64,000 nucleotides of DNA from a virus, in the IMG/VR virus record IMGVR_UViG_3300025141_016386, positions 4,075 to 68,074 of that record, one strand, 5' to 3'. Shown here one piece after another: positions 57,410 to 64,000 of this stretch (positions within the stretch are counted from its first letter, which is position 1; every line of letters starts with the position of its first letter). A program made the translations under genes and the position numbers. Below the pieces are notes generated by a model. The model worked only from the letters and a program-made list of their open reading frames with translations. It searched no databases and was not told where the DNA came from.

Positions 57410-57758
57410 CGAAATAGTCATCAATACCAAATTTTTTTCTTAGGATGTGGAAAGACTGCTCTTTTAGTCCCAAGAAGCGCATTGCTTCGGCCTGAGTTCT
57501 TGTAGCTGAAAAAGCATATTTGAAAACCGCGTCTTGTACAATGGCCTGTAGGGAATTCCAAATGGGTATACCATATAGTCGGCCTGAGACAGGTTTGGTT
57601 GAAAGCTCTAATTTGAGAGCTATTACTTCTTCTAGTGTTAAATTGGACAGCATAATTTCGAACTCATCGTTAGATCGTCTTTCTTTTTTAAGTTTATTAC
57701 TTATGCTATAATTTTTATTTTTACCATTATAGTTTTTCTTTCGTTTCCAAGAAATCAT
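57387..57758 (-). CDS. Fis-like helix-turn-helix DNA-binding protein
   Basis: C-terminal AVFKYAFSATRTQAEAMRFLGLKEQSFHILRKKFGI resembles the Fis/NtrC HTH_8 pattern. Confidence 0.55.
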   Translation of the reverse strand: MISWKRKKNYNGKNKNYSISNKLKKERRSNDEFEIMLSNLTLEEVIALKLELSTKPVSGRLYGIPIWNSLQAIVQDAVFKYAFSATRTQAEAMRFLGLKEQSFHILRKKFGIDDYFVDKEKEK

Positions 57759-57770
57759 GATAACCTATAT

Positions 57771-57890
57771 TAGTATGCTTAGTGTGATTAAGTATTAGAG
57801 TGTTTATATATTAGAGTGTTTAGGGTGTTTATATATTAGAGTGTTTAGAATGTATAGAGTGATTAGTGTGATTAGAATGATTAGTGTTAT
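57771..57890. repeat. non-coding array of eleven TAGnnTGnT-like 9-mers with three 7-mer spacers
   Basis: tagtatgct tagtgtgat taagtat tagagtgtt tatatat tagagtgtt tagggtgtt tatatat tagagtgtt tagaatgta tagagtgat tagtgtgat tagaatgat tagtgttat. Confidence 0.85.
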
Positions 57891-57894
57891 TATA

Positions 57895-57923
57895 AATATA
57901 ACAACGTTATTGCATCTTGTCAA
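57895..57923 (-). promoter_or_regulatory. sigma70-type promoter reading through the 9-mer array
   Basis: TTGACA-17 nt-TATATT. Confidence 0.75.
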
Positions 57924-57942
57924 GAAAAAAGATGTAATTTTT

Positions 57943-58845
57943 TTATAATTCGAACTCTGTTTCTTCTTCAGCTTCAAGACCCATGTCATCGTCACCACCT
58001 AAATCGATTTCTTCTTCCTCTCCACCAGACTCAATATCAATTTGAGTTTCTGGAGTTTTTCCAAAGAATTCATCTTCATATCTTCCAGCCCACAGGACAA
58101 GATTTTTCTTAAAATAAATTTGAAAAAGATCTCTTTCTGATAATTCACCAGGTTGATATTCTTTTCCGTCAATTTCTACGCCTTTCTTAAGCATGCTGTC
58201 TTTTTCAATCTGGCCATAATATCTTCTCAAAGAAGGTCCAACTCTCTTATAGGCTTCGCGACTATAGATTTTAACACCAGAATCAGGCTCAGGCTCTTCT
58301 TCAATTTCTATACCCTCTCCATCCTCGCCAAGAGTGAGTTCTTCCTCATCATCTTCAGCAGGAGTCAAATCTCCGCCATTATCTTCTAAATCTCCTACAG
58401 AGACAGTAATGACCTCATCTTCTTCAGGTTCTTCAATTTCTTCAGGCTCGTCTTCAACGAATCCTTTTTCAACAAAATCTTGGCCAAGTGGTTTTGGCTG
58501 CTTATTGGCGTCCATGGTCTTGAAATCTTCATTTGCAAAATCCAAAAGGAATTCAGTGAAAACCTCTCTGTCTTCGGGCCCAGAACTCAGATCAGTATAT
58601 GCGTCTTTAAATGCCGGATTACTATCTGGCTTAGAGGGATCCCCTACAGTTTCTTTGATGAAATGTGCCAAAAGATTGAGGGCAGTATATTCATATTTTA
58701 CAGTACTGCCTTCTTTGATGAGTTGTCTCACAATTTTACGCACATAATCTTCTTTCAGATTCCTGCGACCTTTCACAACGCTAATTGCTTTTCGAATGTT
58801 CTCTCTTAGGAGTTGTTCTTCTAAAATTTCTTTTCTTTCTCTCAT
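57943..58845 (-). CDS. highly acidic protein (possible scaffold or internal head protein)
   Basis: E/D-rich tracts; N-terminal LxE-type repeats; late motif upstream. Confidence 0.6.
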   Translation of the reverse strand: MRERKEILEEQLLRENIRKAISVVKGRRNLKEDYVRKIVRQLIKEGSTVKYEYTALNLLAHFIKETVGDPSKPDSNPAFKDAYTDLSSGPEDREVFTEFLLDFANEDFKTMDANKQPKPLGQDFVEKGFVEDEPEEIEEPEEDEVITVSVGDLEDNGGDLTPAEDDEEELTLGEDGEGIEIEEEPEPDSGVKIYSREAYKRVGPSLRRYYGQIEKDSMLKKGVEIDGKEYQPGELSERDLFQIYFKKNLVLWAGRYEDEFFGKTPETQIDIESGGEEEEIDLGGDDDMGLEAEEETEFEL

Positions 58846-58866
58846 AAAATAAGTTCCCAGTTTCTT

Positions 58867-58875
58867 ATAATTAGT
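58867..58875 (-). promoter_or_regulatory. putative late promoter ACTAATTAT
   Basis: About 22 nt upstream of ATG 58845, overlapping the previous stop. Confidence 0.55.
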
Positions 58876-61180
58876 TTGTTTTAGATCTTCTCTTTGATTT
58901 TTTTCTTCTTTTGATGGTTATACCGGGGAAAGGCCCCACTCCACCAGTAACTCCCCCCATGGCCATGCCGGCTTCCTCTTCAAGTTCACCACGCTCTTCA
59001 TAAGAGTAGGCAATTGCAGCACATTGCTTTGGATTATCATCACATTCGCCTTTTTCTGTCATCTTGCTGATCTTTTCTCCAACTCGCTCTTGACCAGCTT
59101 TGGATACTTGTGTTTCCTTTTCTTCCAAGACCTCTTCAATAATATTGTAAAGAAGTTCTGAAAAATCTACCCCTTCCTGTAGTGCAGGAGCATTATCACT
59201 GATATTCACAATAGCTTTGAAATCTTCGATATCTACATCGGAAGGAAGGTGGGCTCGTATCGTTTCATCGTCGCCGATCATTAACGCTTTTGCTAATATA
59301 GATCCGCTTAATTTAACATCACCCTCAGAAAAAGCAACGCATGCGGGATAAACCCCGACCCTCATATCATGAAGATCCAGATTATCTCTTGCGGGGCCCT
59401 GAGCTTTGCCATCTTTTTCTAGCCATGCGGCAAATTCTTCGGCCCTCCGGGAATCAGGAATTCCTTTATTGTCCTTCTTGTCGCTACACCCCAGAGCTAT
59501 GGTCGCGCCTGAATGATATTCTCCGAAAAGATCATCGCTCAAGAGGTTAAATGCAAGGCCCATGGGACTATCCGCCTTCGAATTGATGAACTCTATTTTT
59601 GGATCATCAAGTTTATAAAGCTCGCGAAATACTCTTTCTGACATCTCCCTAGTGACGCCTGCGCGAGTAAGTCCTTCTCCACTAATTACAACAACTTTTT
59701 CGACATCTGGCTGGTCGGCATAATGCTGAATCATTTCTTTGTGACCCTTGTGTGGAGGTTTAAATCCTCCCGGGATCAAAATAACATATTTTTCTTGCCC
59801 TAACTGCCCTTCCATCAAGACGCTGAAAACCTCGTCAATCAAACTCTCATCAATCTTCTCCATGGCTGGAATTCCCTTGCGTCCGTATTTGAAAAGACCA
59901 AGGAGTTGGTTCATGGGAGCAAAGTTTCCTGTAAATTTGTATGTATGACCGTCATAATCGAAAACAAAACCTTCTGCTGCTGTTGAAATATTTTCAACGC
60001 GTTTCAGTTTTTCCATTTGTTTCTGAAGAATAGTCATAGCCTCTTCAGAGCCGGATGCCTCGATTGCCTTAATTGCGGTTTCCACCTCTTTACGTTGTCT
60101 TGTCAATTCTTTTTCATTGTCTAAAATGAAAATACTCTTAAGACTTTTCAGCATTTCGACAGAGAAATCATGAATGATACTCTCAATTGGAGCAATGGCG
60201 CCCTTTAGGATGCTTCCAGCATTATCAATGGCATACCTGGCATCTTCTCTATTCTCTGGTGGGATGTTTTTAAGAATGGCACCTTTATTCCACTCCTTAT
60301 CTAGCTTTCTTCCATAACCGTAGGCATATCGATATCCCGGATCCGTTAAAAGAATTTTCTGTAGGACTTTCTTTTCTGCTTCTGGGTCAAGATCTAGTCC
60401 CTCTTCTTGAAACCAGTTGGAAATTTTAGCCATTACATATTCTAGGACGGTTTGATTATCACTTATACCTTCAGAACTAATTTCTTTTTCAAGTTCATCA
60501 AGCGCAAGATCTAGAGCAGTATCATCTTCCAGGCCCCTGAGTATCTTGATGGCGTCCATTTCAACGCCATAATCTCTCTTTTTGATATCTTCTTGTTTAT
60601 CTCTTAGGAGGCTGTCGAGCAGCTCTGCATTAGTACTTACATCTTTGGTGGTCTTCATTAACTCACCAGGATAATTCGGATCTTCGACTTCAATCTCAAT
60701 GGGATCCCCAGTCTCTCTGTTGAATTCCGCACCACCCCTATGGATTGCTAGAGTCTTTGTATCATAGTTGATTAGGTTGGTACTTCTGGGATCTATAATC
60801 TCTGCACTAAAATACACGTTTGTGTTCGGGCCGAAGATTTGTATCTGCTGGGCTCTTGGCATTTCTTGAACAACCTCTTCAAATGCGGCAAGGGCTTCAG
60901 AAAAAGTCTTCTCAAGCGGACCTCTTCCTGCAAACTTTTTTGCCAGATCTTTAGCATCGAGACCACCGTCCTTAATGTTGGACTTATTTCTTGCACCTTT
61001 CGCTTTCTGTTCGGGAACCGAGAACGAGATGAATAAGTTCTGGCCATCGGTCTTCTCAGTACCCTCTAGCTGGCCTTCAGAGGCCGCTTGTAGGACTTTC
61101 TTGATTGTGGCAAACGTAAGACGCGGATTGTCGTAAAGATGGCTCATGTGGCCTCCTACGCCTCCCTCAAGCAACATCAT
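58871..61180 (-). CDS. ligase-fold (KxDG) domain fused to a HIGH nucleotidyltransferase
   Basis: GHMSHLYD, TEKTDGQN, FSAEII, EGFVF, YKFTG, then PGGFKPPHKGH and LSGS. Confidence 0.7.
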   Translation of the reverse strand: MMLLEGGVGGHMSHLYDNPRLTFATIKKVLQAASEGQLEGTEKTDGQNLFISFSVPEQKAKGARNKSNIKDGGLDAKDLAKKFAGRGPLEKTFSEALAAFEEVVQEMPRAQQIQIFGPNTNVYFSAEIIDPRSTNLINYDTKTLAIHRGGAEFNRETGDPIEIEVEDPNYPGELMKTTKDVSTNAELLDSLLRDKQEDIKKRDYGVEMDAIKILRGLEDDTALDLALDELEKEISSEGISDNQTVLEYVMAKISNWFQEEGLDLDPEAEKKVLQKILLTDPGYRYAYGYGRKLDKEWNKGAILKNIPPENREDARYAIDNAGSILKGAIAPIESIIHDFSVEMLKSLKSIFILDNEKELTRQRKEVETAIKAIEASGSEEAMTILQKQMEKLKRVENISTAAEGFVFDYDGHTYKFTGNFAPMNQLLGLFKYGRKGIPAMEKIDESLIDEVFSVLMEGQLGQEKYVILIPGGFKPPHKGHKEMIQHYADQPDVEKVVVISGEGLTRAGVTREMSERVFRELYKLDDPKIEFINSKADSPMGLAFNLLSDDLFGEYHSGATIALGCSDKKDNKGIPDSRRAEEFAAWLEKDGKAQGPARDNLDLHDMRVGVYPACVAFSEGDVKLSGSILAKALMIGDDETIRAHLPSDVDIEDFKAIVNISDNAPALQEGVDFSELLYNIIEEVLEEKETQVSKAGQERVGEKISKMTEKGECDDNPKQCAAIAYSYEERGELEEEAGMAMGGVTGGVGPFPGITIKRRKKSKRRSKTN

Positions 61181-61455
61181 TATTCGTCTCCTCGGCTTTC
61201 TTCCAAGACTTGCAATTTCTCTGTGAGTTGTTGATTTTCTTCAGTTAGAGTTGTATTTTGCTCCTCTAACTTACGATATCCTCTTCTCATGTGAGTTAAA
61301 TTTTCCAAGGCCAGCTCAATTCGTTGGCGCTCCTTGATGGTTCTCGGCTTGAGACTTTCAAGTGCTTCCTTAATTGCACGGGCCCTAGAAAGAATGGATG
61401 TGCCCTGCCTCCACTCTCCCAAAAGAAATTTTCTCGTGACTTTTTCAAAATCCAT
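61180..61455 (-). CDS. coiled-coil hypothetical protein
   Basis: Real start is likely MDFEKV (ATG 61455, AGGA SD); the upstream part of the track ORF is a shadow of the repeat gene. Confidence 0.6.
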   Translation of the reverse strand: MDFEKVTRKFLLGEWRQGTSILSRARAIKEALESLKPRTIKERQRIELALENLTHMRRGYRKLEEQNTTLTEENQQLTEKLQVLEESRGDE

Positions 61456-61459
61456 TTTT

Positions 61460-61729
61460 TTATTCTTCCTTTTTGGTTTTTTTGAACTTAGAAGGCTTAT
61501 TCCCCAATCCTGAGGAGGTGGCTTTCTTTTTCTGTGGCTTTCTTTGTTTAGCTCGTGCTTCAGCGACTGCTTTAGCTCGTGCTTCAGCGACTGCTTTGGC
61601 TTGTGCTTCAGCAACTGCTTTGGCTTGTGCTTCAGCAACTGCTTTGGCTTGATTAATCTTTTTTTCCGCAGCTGCCAATTTTTTCTTCTGCGCGGCGCGC
61701 CTGCATGCTCTTCTTCTTTGCTTTCCCAT
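61460..61729 (-). CDS. small Lys/Ala/Arg-rich (histone H1-like) protein
   Basis: AAGGAG SD, late motif upstream, AKAVAEA[QR] x4. Confidence 0.65.
   Translation of the reverse strand: MGKQRRRACRRAAQKKKLAAAEKKINQAKAVAEAQAKAVAEAQAKAVAEARAKAVAEARAKQRKPQKKKATSSGLGNKPSKFKKTKKEE
61547..61651. repeat. 24-bp tandem repeat, about 4 copies, encoding AKAVAEA[QR]
   Basis: gcttcagc(g/a)actgcttt(a/g)gct(c/t)gt units. Confidence 0.9.
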
Positions 61730-61751
61730 TTCTTGGTACTCCTTTTGTAAT

Positions 61752-61760
61752 ATAATTAGT
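61752..61760 (-). promoter_or_regulatory. putative late promoter ACTAATTAT
   Basis: Intergenic, about 23 nt upstream of ATG 61729. Confidence 0.6.
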
Positions 61761-61786
61761 ATTTTTAAATCAAAAAATCCAATAAC

Positions 61787-63694
61787 TTATGGGGATCCAG
61801 TGCAATAAGTAGGAATTGATCCAGAAGGCGTGCTTATGAAGTCAGAATTTCTCAAGCCAAGCCTATCTTTTATTCCTAGCTTGAAAGGTACTTGGTCAGC
61901 CCTCCTCTCTCTTCCGGCCGACAAATTTAAATAATTATTTATTACGAGCCCACGGCCGAGGATTAACTGGGGATTCGCGCCGCCAGACTCAATGCAGGGG
62001 ATAGGGGTGGCGGGTCCAGATTCAACACCAGTCGCTGTATCAAAGGCAAAACTTCCTCCTCCGCTGCCAGTATCACTATAAAAGGTACCTTTAACAATAT
62101 ATGATCCAGTAATATCAGGAAGATAGCAAGCTATAGAGCCAGTTGGAACTTCACTATACGCACCTCCAGAGCCAGAGAAGCCTGTTCTACTACCAGATGT
62201 AATTAACGATCCACTAGGTATACTTGTCCATTCCCAAGAATATAATATTGAACCGGTAGTAGTATAGCTCGCTGTTGCATAAAAACAAGAACTAGTACCG
62301 ACAGTGCCAGCTATATCTGGAATATTTAATGATGGCTTATCAAGAGGTTCGGCAGAAAGTTCCCAAACAACACCTTCATTTCGAGATTCGCCGGCTGTCT
62401 CTGTAGATAATTCCCAAACATTTCCTTCAATTACAGATGCTCCGGCTGTCTCGGAAGTTAATTCCCAAACAACACCCTCTATTGACCCGGTTCCAGTTAT
62501 GGGAGTAACGCCCGAAGAAATAACCGCATCAACATTCCCGCTAATTGGTGTTGCAACACCGTCAGTTAATCCTAGTTCAATGGAATAAGTGCCCGACACA
62601 TCTGGTGTAAAACTAAAGGTTTCTCCGAGTCCCACGGACCCGGATGCACATGAACCAGATTGGAAGAAATATATTTGATCTATTTCCAGTGGAGAAAGTA
62701 CTCTATTCCATAGGGCGACTTCGTCAATTGTGCCGTCGAAGTAATACCCCGCACTGTCTGCACCTATCCATAGTTGAGAAGTAGTTCCACCTGTTGGGTT
62801 ATTTGAATATATCTGTGAGTCAAACAGCACACCGTCAAGATACAAATAAACTTTCATTTCAGAAGTATCTCGAACAGCCACAAGGTGATACCATTGCCCG
62901 GTATTTAGATTAGTATTAAAATCAGTTTGGACATTACTTCCAGCGCCATGCTCCCAGAAGAAACGTATATCTCCACCCGAATTGGCCCAGGCTATATTAT
63001 AGAGATGATTATCGGCTTCTGCCTCACCGGGGTTCGAGTATTGTATAATGCTTTCCCACTCGGCATAGCTGTCAGCCTTTATCCACACAGCTATAGATAT
63101 GTCGCCAGCGATTTGAAGGCTTCCAGTGCTTGGCGCGGTGATGTAGTCGTTGATACCATCGAAGCTATAAGCATTCGAGCCCACCCTACCCGCAACTTGT
63201 GTGGCCCCGCTTACCGTACCGTTGTTCCCCTCTCCGCTCGTGTCGTTTGCATTTCCTTCAAAATGCCACAAGCCGACATTTCCAGACATATTAACTGGTG
63301 TTGTCGATCCGCTGTCTGGCAGCGGGAAGGAGGCATTCACAATCGCGCTTCCGCTAGGAACAGATTGCCAAGACCATTGATAATTAACAGAGGATGTTGA
63401 TACACCCATTGGTGTGCCATCAAAAGTTGCGGGATTTCCAACTGTTCCAGTAATATCTGCAACAGTTCCTGATATTTGTGCGGCATTATGAACAACAGAG
63501 CCAAATAGATTAATCCCCGCAGCCGTTGGAGGAGTTGCATCGTGAACTACCGATGCATATAAATTAATCCCCGCAGCCGTTGGAGGAGTTGCATCGTGAA
63601 CTACCGATGCATATAAATTAATCGCAGCTGCGGTTGGCGGGGTTGCATTGTGAACAACAGAACCAAATAAATTTATGGCAGAGCCTGTCGCCAT
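61787..63694 (-). CDS. virion surface protein with LamG and PKD-like domains and two repeat blocks
   Basis: LamG motifs ISIAVWIK, WYHLVAVRD, FDGTIDEVALWNR; PKD-like YQWSWQSVPSGS and YSWEWTSIPSGS. Confidence 0.75.
   Translation of the reverse strand: MATGSAINLFGSVVHNATPPTAAAINLYASVVHDATPPTAAGINLYASVVHDATPPTAAGINLFGSVVHNAAQISGTVADITGTVGNPATFDGTPMGVSTSSVNYQWSWQSVPSGSAIVNASFPLPDSGSTTPVNMSGNVGLWHFEGNANDTSGEGNNGTVSGATQVAGRVGSNAYSFDGINDYITAPSTGSLQIAGDISIAVWIKADSYAEWESIIQYSNPGEAEADNHLYNIAWANSGGDIRFFWEHGAGSNVQTDFNTNLNTGQWYHLVAVRDTSEMKVYLYLDGVLFDSQIYSNNPTGGTTSQLWIGADSAGYYFDGTIDEVALWNRVLSPLEIDQIYFFQSGSCASGSVGLGETFSFTPDVSGTYSIELGLTDGVATPISGNVDAVISSGVTPITGTGSIEGVVWELTSETAGASVIEGNVWELSTETAGESRNEGVVWELSAEPLDKPSLNIPDIAGTVGTSSCFYATASYTTTGSILYSWEWTSIPSGSLITSGSRTGFSGSGGAYSEVPTGSIACYLPDITGSYIVKGTFYSDTGSGGGSFAFDTATGVESGPATPIPCIESGGANPQLILGRGLVINNYLNLSAGRERRADQVPFKLGIKDRLGLRNSDFISTPSGSIPTYCTGSP
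62348..62480. repeat. 51-bp (17 aa) degenerate coding repeat x3
   Basis: EG[VN]VWEL[TS]xE units; ttcccaaac at 62360, 62411 and 62462. Confidence 0.85.
63483..63679. repeat. 54-bp (18 aa) coding repeat, about 3.6 copies
   Basis: INL[FY][GA]SVVH[ND]ATPPTAA units at 63483, 63537, 63591 and 63645. Confidence 0.9.
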
Positions 63695-63698
63695 CGTT

Positions 63699-64000
63699 TT
63701 AACTCCCTGTTAATTCATATCTCATATAAGGTGTATCGGCCCCATCCCAGTCATTCGACAGTGGTTGAACCTGTTGAGGAGCCGTAAAAAAACAATAGGT
63801 TGGATCATTTATATCTGGTGTTATAACATCACCATATTCAAAAAGCGAACCGTTGTTGCTCAGAGCAGCTTTCCCATTCAATCCAGATCCGGATGCCCAT
63901 GCATGCAGAGTTATTCCGGATATCATACCAGGAGATGTACCTATCTGTGTTGCAATATCTATTGAAGCCTGACAAGTGACAAATTCGCCACCGGAGGCAC
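63699..64000 (-). CDS. C-terminal part of a probable virion protein (runs off right edge)
   Basis: The frame of ORF 63699..63926 stays open to the window end (ASGGEFVTCQASIDIATQIGTSPGMISG...). Confidence 0.55.
   Translation of the reverse strand, partial: ASGGEFVTCQASIDIATQIGTSPGMISGITLHAWASGSGLNGKAALSNNGSLFEYGDVITPDINDPTYCFFTAPQQVQPLSNDWDGADTPYMRYELTGS

Noticed and set aside
57804-57998. 64-aa hydrophobic ORF
   Set aside because: The I/T/L periodicity is a by-product of the 9-mer DNA array, and the ORF crosses a promoter and the end of another gene.
61456-61638. N-terminal LKHKPKQ repeats of track ORF 61180..61638
   Set aside because: Alternative frame of the 24-bp repeat in 61460..61729; the real start is ATG 61455.
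328-63965. All plus-strand ORFs in the track
   Set aside because: They lie antisense to long minus-strand genes or tRNAs, show no recognisable motifs and have the F/S/L-rich composition of shadow ORFs.
1-64000. Stop-codon reassignment (alternative genetic code)
   Set aside because: Genes tile densely under the standard code, and TAA, TGA and TAG all end plausible genes.
1-64000. Eukaryotic giant virus or bacterial chromosome origin
   Set aside because: Myovirus baseplate genes, SD sequences, sigma70 promoters, a phage-type sigma and a single-strand gene layout indicate a bacteriophage.

Overview
This window is a 64 kb piece of a large, probably jumbo, tailed myovirus genome. Essentially all real genes and both tRNAs are on the minus strand, with Shine-Dalgarno motifs, ATGA-type overlaps and the standard genetic code. 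In transcription order (right to left) it holds five blocks. (1) LamG/repeat virion proteins, a Lys/Ala-rich protein, a ligase-fold::HIGH-nucleotidyltransferase fusion and an acidic protein. (2) A 120-bp array of 9-mers upstream of a Fis-like HTH gene. (3) A metallophosphoesterase, tRNA-CAT, tRNA-Arg(TCT), ClpP, a cytidylyltransferase, PIN-PhoH and a PD-(D/E)XK nuclease. (4) A ~12 kb nonulosonic (pseudaminic-type) acid biosynthesis and transfer cluster with GT4 and Maf/DUF115-like transferases. (5) A gp55-like sigma factor, an amidase/spike/baseplate/tail module with very large Ser/Thr/Gly-rich proteins, RuvC and the start of a DNA primase. Two promoter classes are visible: near-consensus sigma70 promoters (TTGACA-17-TATAAT/TATATT/TATACT) and a putative late motif ACTAWTTAT about 20 nt before structural genes. 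The best candidate for a new system is a phage-encoded sialic-acid-like sugar pathway with its own Maf-like transferases, possibly glycosylating [ST]G[ST]-rich virion proteins. All product calls come from motifs recognised by eye, not from database searches.
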